NCBI RefSeq assembly: GCF_028641065.1
Contig: NC_073383.1
Span: forward strand, 20,336,001 to 20,400,000
Source: Leucoraja erinacea
Taxonomy: Eukaryota
Direction of reading: 5' to 3'
DNA: 64,000 nt
In this document: positions 48,921-59,618 of the stretch, piece by piece
How the letters are laid out: each line of letters starts with the position of its first letter
Numbering within the stretch: the first letter of the stretch is position 1
Notes under the pieces: generated by a model
What the model saw: the letters and a program-made list of their open reading frames with translations, nothing else
The model's database searches: none
Told to the model about the DNA's origin: nothing
Position numbers and translations under genes: made by a program

Positions 48921-49761
48921 GAAACAGTTGATTCCAGGAAAAGTATTGATGTTACCAGCTCTCCACTTAGTTAAACCGTTGTATTGTATTGTATTGTATT
49001 GAACATAGAGTGATTCCAGAATGCACAAATTGACTTTTATAAATTGTAAGGGTCTAATTTACAGATTAGAAGAGACAGTTAATGAAAATGTCATTCAACC
49101 TTTCACGCCTAGATGCTGTTCTTGGAGAGTACTCCAATTATTCCATCCCACGCCATACCCCAAAAACAAAAATCTAAAGGAGGAAAGGGACGTCAAATAA
49201 GATAATATCTGGGTTACTCTCTGGGCCACAGACCAATGAATGTACAATTTGGAGTATATACATGTATGTCTGGAGAGGTGGTGCAGGAGGGAGATTCTTG
49301 GGACATGGAAACCACTTCTGAAGGAGGTGGAATCTGTATGGACTTGATGGATTGCATCTTAAAGGACCTGGGATATGTTCCTGAGGAGATTCAGTTTGGG
49401 GGGAGAGGGGGAATTAATTTGGCAGATAGTTCGGTAAAGGAAGATAGGAGAAAAGGGACTTGCAAGGGGATTGGAGGAGGCCTTGTCCAGTTTATGGGAA
49501 TGGTAGAGAGGGGAGGAGGGAGAGAAGGCACCTTGCTTGGGAGAGTCTGGCGGGGAAAGAGGTGCTTTGCTTGGGAGAGTGTGATGGGAAAAGGGGCGAC
49601 TTGCTTTGGCGGGAAGGCATTGCCTGGGGATGCGGCTGTTGTGACAAGCGGCCGTCATGACGTGTGGCCATGGTGACGTGCTCCATGGCCCTACTGGAAC
49701 GTCATCAACAGCCATTGTGACATATTTAATGACTGCCGTGACGGCATCGTGAAGCTGGCCC

Positions 49762-50495
49762 TCACCACGTCACCGTGGCAGCCACGTCACCACAGCGGCA
49801 CCTCTGCCACGGCCACCAAGGTAGCCAGGTCACTATGGCCGCACGTCACCATGACCTCAGGTCACCACGGCACGGCATCACGTCACCACGGCATCACGTC
49901 ACCACGGCGGCACGGCACCACGGCATCACGTCACCGCGGCCTCACGTCACCACGGCGGCCTCACGTCACCACGGCCTCACGTCACTACGGCCTCACGTCA
50001 CTACGGCCTCACGTCACCACGGCGGCCTCACGGCGGCCTCACGTCACCACGGCCTCACGTCACCACGGCATCACGTCACGGCATCACGTCACCACGGCGG
50101 CCTCACGTCACCACGTCACCACGGCATCACGTCACCACGGCACCACGTCACCACAGCCTCACGTCACCATGGCATCACGTCACCACGGCATCACGTCACC
50201 ACGGCACCACGTCACCACGGCATCACGTCACCACGGCATCACGTCACCACGGCATCACGTCACCACGGCATCACGTCACCACGGCATCACGTCACCACGG
50301 CATCACGTCACCACGGCATCACGTCACCACGGCATCACGTCACCACGGCATCACGTCACCATAGCCTCACGTCACCATGGCCTTACGTCACCATGGCACA
50401 CGTCACCACGGCGGCCTCACGTCACTGGCCTCACGTCACCATGGCCTTACGTCACCATGGCACACGTCACCACGGCAGCTTCACGTCACCATGGC
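49762..50495. repeat. Minisatellite, 16-nt unit CACGTCACCACGGCAT, about 40 units
   Basis: Direct reading; homogeneous core at about 50170-50360. Confidence 0.97.
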
Positions 50496-50499
50496 TGTA

Positions 50500-50800
50500 A
50501 GCTTCCCATCAGCCCCCGCGCAGCCACCCTCAGTCGGAGCTCGGCGCATGCGCCGCCGCGGTGGCCCCTCCCCGCTCCTTCCTTTCCGCCGGAAGCAGAC
50601 GGACTGGGCCGAGGCCGAGGGCGCCGGCGAGGGGATCGCTCCAAACCCGGGGACACAGAGCACCTTTTCCGCGCGGCTACAATCCTACCGCTGGGAAGCA
50701 GCATGTCTGAGGAGAGGTTTACAGCCGCGTCCAAAAGGAGCTCTGGATGCACCGGGTAAGTGGCTGCGCTCATCCGGGAGCGAGTGTTCCGCGCTGCTTC
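50500..50800. promoter_or_regulatory. CpG-island promoter of PRKRA (divergent from PJVK)
   Basis: NRF1-type palindrome CGGCGCATGCGCCG 50542-50555, ETS/GABP-type CCGGAAG 50589-50595, GC-rich, directly upstream of ATG 50703. Confidence 0.7.
50703..50755 (+). CDS. PRKRA: PRKRA exon 1 (53 nt)
   Basis: [24 protein letters not shown], donor GG|GTAAGT; phase matches exon 2. Confidence 0.8.
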
Positions 50801-53800
50801 CCCTACAGCCATGCACGTTGTACCCCCCCCCCCCCCCCCCCATAGCAGCCATGCATCGTTGTACCCCCCCCCCCCCTGCCCAAGTATGGTTGTACCTCCT
50901 GCAGCCATGCATCATTGTACCCCTCCCCTGCAGCCCCCGTTGTACCCCCCCAGCGATACATCGTTGTACCCCCCCCCCTGCAGCCATGTATCGTTGTACC
51001 CCCGCTGCAGCCATGCATCGTTGTGCACCCCCCCTGCAGCCATGCATCGTTGTACCCCCCCTTAGAGCGATACATCGTTGTACCCTCCCTGCAGCCATGC
51101 ATCGTTGCACCCCCCCTGCAGCCATGCATCGTTTGCACCCCCCTGCAGCCATGCATCGTTGTGCCCCCCACTGCAGCCATTGCATTGTTGTACCCCCCTG
51201 CCCCCCCCCCCCGCAGCCATGCATCGTTGTGCCCCCACTGCAGCCATGCATTGTTGTACCCCCCCCTGCAGCCATGCATCGTTGTACCCCCCCCCCAGCC
51301 CCATTGTACCCCCCCATAGAGCGATGCATCGTTGTACCCCCCCCTGCAGCCATGCATCATTGTATCCCCCCATAGAGCGATGCATCATTGTACCCCCCCA
51401 TAGAGCGATGCATCATTGTACCACTCCCCCATAGAGCGATGCATCATTGTACCCCCTCCACTGCAGCCATGCATTGTACCCCCCCCCCCAGAGCGATGCG
51501 TTGTTGTCCCCCCCCATAGAGCGATGCATCATTGTACCCCCCCCCCCCCCCCATAGAGCGATGCATCATTGTACCACTCCCCCCATAGAGCGATGTGCCA
51601 CCTCCGCTGGAACGATACTTCGTTGTACCACCTCCCCTGCAGCTATGCATTGCTGTACCACCCCCTGGAGCGATGCATTGCTACCCGTGTGCCCCACACT
51701 ACCTCCCCTGGAGCGATGCATTGCTGCCTGTGTGCCAACACTGACTTCAATAAAATTATGACTTCAATTTGACACCTTGTTAATGTTTGTTTATCTTGTA
51801 CAGTAACTGCATTTTTGCAATTTGGTGTTTAATGTTTTAATATCTAGTCTTCATCTCTTGTGCTGGTAGTTTTAATTCTGTTTCACGGGATGAGTTGTCT
51901 GAATGTTACTACGTCAATCCTGGCTTTGCATGCTCCGAAAGCAAATTTTAATATTTACTAGCTTTAATATTGATTTATTGTTTCGTCCACCTTTCACATT
52001 GTTTAAAACATTCCCTTCTCAGTTTGGAACAGGTGATTGTAGCAAATCCTGGGAAGACCCCGATCAGCTTGCTGCAAGAATACTGCACAAAGAATGGCAA
52101 AACGCCTCAGTATGAGCTTGTGAATTCCGAGGGTCAAGCTCACCTGCCCAGCTTCACCTTCAGAGCAACAGTGGGAGAAGTGAGCTGCAAAGGTCAGTAA
52201 CTGTTGCTTTACTTCATGCTGCTAATTCTCCTTGTATGTGAAAAGAAAATTGACCAAAATCAGTCATTACTTGTGTGCATCTTTCTGATTTTGAAAAAAA
52301 AAGACACACAATGCTGTTTAGTTTATTATTGTGTCATGTGTTGAGTTACAGGGAAAACTTTTTGTCGCGTACTATCTAGTCAGCGAAAAGACTATACGTG
52401 ATTACAATCAAGCTGTCCACAGTACAGGTAAAGGGAATAGCATTTAGTCCAAGATAAAAGTCTGATTAAAGATAGTTTGTGGGTCTTCAATGAAGTAAAT
52501 GGGAGGTCAGGACCACTCTCCAGTTGGTGAGAGGACGGTTCAGTTGCCTGATAACAACTGTGAAGAATCTGGAGTAACTCAGTGGGACAGGCAGCATCTC
52601 TGGAGAATGTAGGTGACATTTCAGGTGGGGATCCTTCTTCTTTCATGTGGCGTGCACAGCCTAAAGTTGTTGGACAACTTGTTCTATTTGATCTTCCGTT
52701 TGTGCACGTTGAGTTGATTGCATTAGTCGAAACAGGGCGGACCACGTGAAGGTTGCAATCTCCCACCCCGTGGGGACCCGTCAGTCACCTATCGATGTTC
52801 GCCAAGGATGCTGCCTGGCCTACTGAGTTTCTCCAGCTTTCAATCTCTTTTTGTAAACTAGCATCTGCAGTCCTTATATCTGCATATTTGTGATTGAGTT
52901 GCTATAGTGTTCAAACATTGTCCAGTGTTTTCATAGGCACTGAACTAGAACTCAACAGAATCCTATTTGTGTGCTCTACCTTGCAATATAATATCCTTGT
53001 GCAATGGGAAAGTTTAACATGGGAGAAGTATGAGGTGATGCATATTGATAGTAAGTAAGAGGAAAGATGATAGCTTTCTGTTTAACAGCTTCTCCATTCA
53101 CTTGACAGAAGTTTGGAATGCCTGAACAATGGAGGAAGCTCCAAATCTGCCTACAGCTTTGTATAGAAACATAGAAATTAGGTGCAGGAGTAGGCCATTC
53201 GGCCCTTCGAGCCTGCACCGCCATTCAATATGATCATGGCTGATCATCCAACTCAGTATCCCGTACCTGCCTTCTCTCCATACCCCCTGATCCCCTTAGC
53301 CACAAGGGCCACATCTAACTCCCTCTTAAATATAGCCAATGAACTGACCTCAACTACCCTCTGTGGCAGAGAGTTCCAGAGATTCACCACTCTCTGCGTG
53401 AAAAAGGTTCTTCTCATCTCGGTTTTAAAGGATTTCCCCTTTATCCTTAAGCTGTGACCCCTTGTCCTGGACTTCCCTAACATCGGGAACAATCTTCCTG
53501 CATCTAGTCTGTCCAACCCCTTAAGAATTTTGTAAGTTTCTATAAGATCCCCTCTCAATCTTCTAAATTCTAGAGAGTATAAACCAAGTCTATCCAGTCT
53601 TTCTTCATAAGACGTCCTGACATCCCAGGAATCAGTCTGGTGAACCGTCTCTGCACTCCCTCTATGGCAATAATGTCCTTCCTCAGATTTGGAGACCAAA
53701 ACTGTACGCAATACTCCAGGTGTGGTCTCACCAAGACCCTGTACAACTGCAGTAGAACCTCTCTGCTCCTATACTCAAATCCTTTTGCAATGAAAGCTAA

Positions 53801-56800
53801 CGTACCATTCGCTTTCTTTACTGCCTGCTGCACCTGCATGCCTACCTTCAATGACTGGTGTACCATGACACCCAGGTCTCGCTGCATCTCCCCCTTTCCC
53901 ATGGTATAACCATGATCAACCAACATCCATGTCTATAAATTGCTCCTCCTCTCCCTCCAGCTGTTGCCCACAAGCTTCTCTCTCTTCCAACCCTATATCC
54001 CTCCCCGTGTCTTTACATTTCACCCCTCTCCATATCTAACACCCTTTTGTCTCCTTTTCACCTCCAGCCTTTGCCACTTACCCATCTGCCAATAACCCCC
54101 CTGTATCCACCTATCACTTGCCAGGTTTACCACCCTCTACCTAAATCAACCTGCAGGTTCCCAACCTGAAACATCACCTGTCCATTGATGTTTCAGGACA
54201 GATGATGCCTTGGGCCAACCCTCTACCTATCTACCCCCGTCCCCATCTCACCTATTACCTGTTTGTCCTGCACCTCCTTCCTTCTGGCTTTCTCTCTCCT
54301 CATTCTGCCCCCTCCCCCATACTGTCACCTATCCATGTTCTCTAGAGATGCTGCCTGACCCACTGTGTAACTCCAGCACGTTGTTTACCTCCTCAGAAGT
54401 TGTCTGTCCCTCTGTGTTCCTCCAGCACACTTGTGGTATTCATGATTCCAGCCACTTGTGGCTCCACGTAACCATGTTTACTGCCGGATTCTTCAGATCT
54501 GGCACCTAAGCAGGAACTAATATTGATTTCTGAGTACGGGCACAAACAGCCCAATGATCCTGTGCAAAATTAACATGCTGCACTTCTGGTAGGGCTATTG
54601 AATTTGACTAGAAGAAACTGTTGCAGAGAAGCAAAAGTAATTTCCTCAATTCTGACAGGTCTGGCACCTTGGATTGACCAAATCTTAAAGCAATACATGG
54701 AGAACTCGGATGCAGAGTGTTTTGGAAAAGTTGGTCTTTAGAGTTACTATGTGGAAACAGGCTTTTTGGCCCACCGAGTCCGTGCCGACCAGCGATCACC
54801 CCGTACACTAACACTATCCTACACACTAGGGGCAATCTGCAGAAGCCAATTACCTACAAACCTGCACGTCATTGTGGTGTGGGAGGAAACCAGAGCACCC
54901 GGAGAAGTTCTTTAGATATTTAAGAGATCAATGGATGAACTATAGATCAGTGCACAATCACCACAAAATTGTTCCAAAAGTTTAAATAATGATTTATGGG
55001 ATCTGCATCCTTTGCATAAAGCTGAATGTAGCAATGACTCAATGTTGCATTGGTGTATAATTTTAGTATGAGTTCAGTCTAATGTGTAGAATCAAAAGTG
55101 CATAGAAAGGATATAATTGGGATTTCCTTGGTTGTAGGCCAGGGTCAGAGCAAGAAGGCTGCAAAACACAAAGCAGCAGCAGCGGTTCTTAATATTCTGA
55201 ACGGAGGAAGTCCACAGGACACAATATACGATGGTATAAGGTGAGAAGGATGCTAATTTCATAAACTTATATATTTAATTTGCATGACCTTTACACCTAT
55301 TTAGCAACATGCTGTAAACGCAGCTTGATTTCTATTCATTGAAGTGTTTTTGCTCTTAACAGTACAAGAGATCAACATGTTAAAAATGAAGTACAGTAAT
55401 TATGTTCCTGGACTGGATGTTTTATGCAATACACATGTTACACTCTTTCCAGCTACGCTTTACAAGATCCAGAACCCATTACTTCCCTGAAGCAAGCTCA
55501 AAATCCTCCCAACCCCATTGGTGCCCTTCAGGTGAGTCAGAGGATAGACCTCTTCTTGTTTTACTTTTATTCAATTTGCAGTTGTATTTTTTATCTCTAT
55601 AATTCATTATAATAACAGGTGCTTAGGGCTTTTTATAGATTTGTGTGGATCAATTGCTAACATATAGTTTACTAGGAACTGGTGGTACAGAAAGGGTGGA
55701 GACTTCCAGATTACAGCATTGCTGAAGAATTGGGGCCTCCTCACAAGAGAGAGTTTGCAATCGTTTGCAAGGTAGAAACATTTGAAGAAACAGGTAGGAA
55801 CCTCGGCAGAATCTTCTTTCCAATTACATGTGATATTTTTACATGACTTTTAGTGTAGGATAGCATGCCTTTAAAGTTTATCTTTTGCAGTATGTAAACG
55901 ATTGGTGCAAAACCATTATTTTATGACATTTAACATTGTTTACAGGTAGTTCGGCTGATAATGTATGTTTCCTTAAAGCAAATTGGATATGATTGAACTG
56001 GGAATGGTATTTTATTACATGGGCCATATTGGTTATAGTGCGATTTCGATTGCGAACCACTTATAAAGGTTACTTTTAAAATTGACAAGCAGAAAAAAAG
56101 CTGTCTTGGAGGGGGAAAAAAACTTTCCCTGTAATCTTCCCTGCAGCCATCATACACCATTGTCTCTCTCAAGAACGTAATCTGTCAGTTTCACGCCAGA
56201 TAGTTATAGAAATTGACAAGTCAACACTTCTATTGACACGTGTGCAATGATATTCTGTTAAACAATGTAAAAAAAATAAACATAGCCTTTAAAGTGATCT
56301 TTATTTTTGAAAATGTGGAGGGGGTGGGGATTTTTTTTTTAAATTGCATGTCTAAAGCTAACTCCCTTTTCCCTCTTGACAAGATTGATGTTATAATGTG
56401 ATTTTGTATAATACATTTTTTATATAAACACAGTTTCTCAAAAACGCAAAAAAATTCTCAGGAACGTAATGATCACGGTATTGCAGAATTACCCGTATTT
56501 AGTTAGATTACAATATGGAGTTAATGATTTGAAATAGCCACATTAATCGCGAGTATTTTGTGATGGGTTCATAATGAGCTACGAGTACATTTCATACGTA
56601 GTTAGATTTCTATTTGAAAGAGTTAACTGATCTTCAGTCTTTCCATTGCCACCTTATGCATAGATTTTGCCTGTCCTTGCTCTCTACATATGCCTCAAAT
56701 ATAAATTGGGATTCAAACTCCTGCAAAATATTAGATGATGGCATGCCCAATCATATATTAATTAGTCGGGATTATGCACAATCTAAGGAGGAGGGATTTT

Positions 56801-59264
56801 ATCCAAGACTGTTTGGGGCAAGGGGATAATGAGGAAACAGACTCCCCACCTCTCTACTAATTTGAATATTCCATTTTCCTTTAATTTTTTGGGCTCTTTT
56901 CACAACTTGATTTTCAACATAAAAGGCAGTATTTAAAGTAAACTAGATAAATAAATAATTTTCATATGCAATAAAAGTTTAAGCCTTTTCAATTTCTGTG
57001 TACTTAGATTTTTTTTAAACTGCTTAACTTGAGTAGCAGAATTACTTTGCAGGTTTTGGTACTTCAAAGAAATTAGCAAAAAGGGCAGCTGCAACAAAGA
57101 TGATTGCCAAGCTACAGAATATTCCTACAGGCTGGAATGGGGGAGAAGAATTTAAAACTGAAGGCGTTTCTTTGGTAAGAGTAAATTTTGAGAGATGCAA
57201 TGAGCCAATGTCCACTAAGCAGCCATTAGGAAATCCCAAAGGGTCATCTGGCTGGCAAAATGGTGCTTGCAATCTCCCCACTGGGACCTCTTGTTCTCTC
57301 ACTCCCTAGTGTGCAATGCTGCTGATTGAATAAACATTTAAATTCACTTTAAAATTAAGTATCAATACAATAGTAGTGTTGGATAAACAGTTGTTAAATG
57401 GAGACAAGAAATTGCAGATGCTTAAATCTGGAACAAAGGAACATACCATTTGAGAAACTCTGCAGGTCAGGCAGTAGCAGTGGTGCAGGTATAGGGATAG
57501 TTGATCGTTGCTACTGCCTGACTCGCTCAATCGCTCAATTCTTGAAGCGCATGGTACATTCCTGAGAGTACCAAAATAACACAGTTTTATTGAAACAAAA
57601 CAGCAGTTTGTAGTCATCTGACAAGATATGGTTGCAATTCTCCAAACTGAATTCACAAGCATTTCGACATCATCATCTCAAGCAAGGAGCTTGAAGGGAC
57701 AAAAACAAAATCGTTGATGGAACTTGGTGGGTCAAGCATCATCTGTGGATTCAAGAAGATATTTAACATGCCTAGTTTCTCCAGCATTTGGTTGTTTGCT
57801 CCATATTCCAGTCTTGTTTGTCTTGTATCTGAAGGGACTTTTAGCATAAAGAGAAACAGACAGCTTCTAATACCATGAGCCTTTAAATTTTAATTGTATC
57901 TTCCTTGAGTTTACATTCAAACATTGGTACAAACCCTAGAAAGAACTACTTGTCTTCAATTTAGCTCATTTTTACTACTCAATCATAAGTCGTGTAGTTC
58001 CATATTTTCCCTAGTAAATGTTCATGGTGCCCAAAATAACCATGCTAATTAAATTAGATGGCTACAGGCTTTTGAGTATGTCTTTTGGAAGCTATCAGGT
58101 CTTTTCTCATCTCTAGGGAGATAAACTGATTTTTTTTATAAATTCACAGAAATAAGATGACCTGTTTCTGAAATCAGCCACTGTTCCAAATGATACATTA
58201 TTGTATTTATCCAAACTTTTCCATTGAAATCAATCCACGTAACTTAGTCCCTTTCTCCCAGCCTTTAAAGACTAAATCCTTATTTATTTTAACCTGATGG
58301 AAATTCATTTCACATTCTTACCAACGCATTCAGACTAAAATAATCTAAATTGAATTAAACAATTTTATATTCTAAATGTTTCACTTTAATTTTGCTCTCG
58401 AGTCTAATCAGCTAACCCTATTAAATGTCAAATAGTCAAACCTCAAGCATGATTGTGCTCAGAAATCAGGAAATGAATGGAACGGGTCAAGGGGCACCTG
58501 GGACCTTGTAAGGAGGTCACCTGGAGAAAAAATTAACCAACTGAAGAGAAGCCCACTCAGCATTCCCAACACCGACTACACCCAGATGTTGGGGGAAGTG
58601 GTGGAAGAACAAGGATTTGATGTCACCTACCTTGATATAGGTATGTATATTAAACAGGAGCTCTTGTCATTGTTTATTTGCTTACAAGCATTATAAGTGG
58701 AATAACGAGAGCAATTGTGATGAGCGTTATTTCTAAAATTTTAGATTGACCACTGCGTTTAGGTGCTAATATTGCTTTGAAAAGATGTACATTATCTGCA
58801 CAATGACTGTCATCTCCATCTTCAAACGTTGGCTAAATGTTATATATCCCAACTGTATTTTCATAGCTACATTTATGTATTTATGCAGATTTATACTGTA
58901 TGGACACAAGCCCTTTGACCTACACTTAGGGACATTCTGGACTTGAACCATTTGCCTGCATTTTGTCGATAGCCCTCTAAACCTCTCTATATATACCTGA
59001 TCAAATATGTCATTTAAACGTGGCAATTACATCCATTTCTACAGCTTCCACTCCTCTGTGCCCCTTTTTAATCCATTTCCAATAAAATATTTTTTTGAAA
59101 ATGTATGTACCAAAAAAGTAATGTTCTTTATTTTAGTGTGAGTTTTGTACCATTATTTTAATTTGACTGTGATTACAGAACTAGCAGTATAATGTCATTG
59201 AAAATGTCCACTATATAAAGGTTGGATAAATTATTTAGACTGATTCACTTGGGATTTTTTTCTC

Positions 59265-59295
<31 letters not shown>

Positions 59296-59458
59296 ATCAG
59301 ATGAACTAACTGTGAATGGTCAATATCAGTGTTTGGCTGAACTCTCAACGCTCCCAGTTACTGTGTGCCATGGTACAGGGATTTCCCGTGGTAATGCCCA
59401 CAACGAGGCTGCTCACAACGCACTCCAGTACGTGAAGATTATGGCTGGACGAAATTAA
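50703..59458 (+). CDS. PRKRA: PACT, dsRNA-dependent protein kinase activator A, three dsRBDs, about 335 aa; exons 50703-50755, 52023-52192, 55138-55240, 55453-55531, 55676-55793, 57053-57174, 58436(or 58463)-58640, 59301-59458
   Basis: dsRBD1 [11 protein letters not shown]...[10 protein letters not shown], dsRBD2 [18 protein letters not shown]...[11 protein letters not shown], dsRBD3 [21 protein letters not shown]...[11 protein letters not shown]...[16 protein letters not shown]; PACT-type domain 3 and synteny with PJVK favour PRKRA over TARBP2. Confidence 0.93.
50805..51725. repeat. C-rich minisatellite, about 27-nt unit CAGCCATGCATCGTTGTA(C)nTG grading into CATAGAGCGATGCATCATTGTA(C)n
   Basis: Direct reading, PRKRA intron 1. 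Confidence 0.95.
52023..52192 (+). CDS. PRKRA: PRKRA exon 2 (170 nt)
   Basis: CTCAG|, [20 protein letters not shown]...EVSCK, donor G|GTCAGT. Confidence 0.95.
52635..52769 (-). mobile_element. Short retroposon with a 5' minimal HDV-like ribozyme and (GAA)n tail
   Basis: TSD GTGGGGATCC (52625-52634) / GTGGGGACCC (52770-52779); inserted into a Penelope-derived repeat in PRKRA intron 2. Confidence 0.88.
52716..52769 (-). ncRNA. Minimal HDV-like ribozyme fold (54 nt, fully paired)
   Basis: GGGGTGG GA GATTGCA ACC TTCACGT GGT CCGCCCT G TTTCGA CTAA TGCAATC: G1-U wobble, nested pseudoknot, C at the catalytic position of J4/2. Confidence 0.85.
53165..53900 (-). mobile_element. CR1-clade LINE 3' fragment
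   Basis: [50 protein letters not shown]; tail (CTATGTTT)n. Confidence 0.9.
55138..55240 (+). CDS. PRKRA: PRKRA exon 3 (103 nt)
   Basis: TGTAG|, [18 protein letters not shown]..., donor AAG|GTGAGA. Confidence 0.9.
55453..55531 (+). CDS. PRKRA: PRKRA exon 4 (79 nt)
   Basis: TTCCAG|, ...[10 protein letters not shown], donor CAG|GTGAGT. Confidence 0.93.
55676..55793 (+). CDS. PRKRA: PRKRA exon 5 (118 nt)
   Basis: ACTAG|, [13 protein letters not shown]...ETFEET, donor G|GTAGGA. Confidence 0.95.
57053..57174 (+). CDS. PRKRA: PRKRA exon 6 (122 nt)
   Basis: TTGCAG|, [14 protein letters not shown]...EGVSL, donor TTG|GTAAGA. Confidence 0.9.
58436..58640 (+). CDS. PRKRA: PRKRA exon 7 (205 nt; in-frame alternative acceptor at 58463)
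   Basis: CTAAC branch-like motif then AATAG|; [14 protein letters not shown]...TYLDI, donor G|GTATGT. Confidence 0.85.
59301..59458 (+). CDS. PRKRA: PRKRA exon 8 (158 nt to stop)
   Basis: C30-ATCAG|, [17 protein letters not shown]...MAGRN TAA. Confidence 0.95.
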
Positions 59459-59612
59459 GAGAAAAATATATCCACAGAGAAGTCTAAAATAAGTAACCAA
59501 TTCTAAAGAGAAGTATTTTTGTAAGTTACACGAAGGAATCTCGGCTTCTAGTTTGGTTGTGTGTACGCACACGTGCAATGTTTCAATGGTATCAAGTCTA
59601 ATTCGTTGAAAT

Positions 59613-59618
59613 AATAAA
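59613..59618 (+). terminator. Candidate PRKRA polyadenylation signal (second candidate 59732-59737)
   Basis: AATAAA about 155 nt after the stop. Confidence 0.5.

Noticed and set aside
49236-49676. 146-aa ORF upstream of PJVK
   Set aside because: Purine-rich, no recognisable motif or splice context.
49749-51434. Long ORFs of 185-336 aa (His/Thr/Arg-rich, Pro/Cys-rich)
   Set aside because: They are translations of two minisatellites and the CpG island; only 50703-50755 is supported as coding.
57262-57285. Another HDV-retroposon copy (CTTGCAATCTCCCCAC)
   Set aside because: Only a short match; no P3, P1 3' strand, tail or TSD.
50703-59458. Calling the dsRBD gene TARBP2
   Set aside because: Domain 3, the short exon 4 and the position next to PJVK fit PRKRA.
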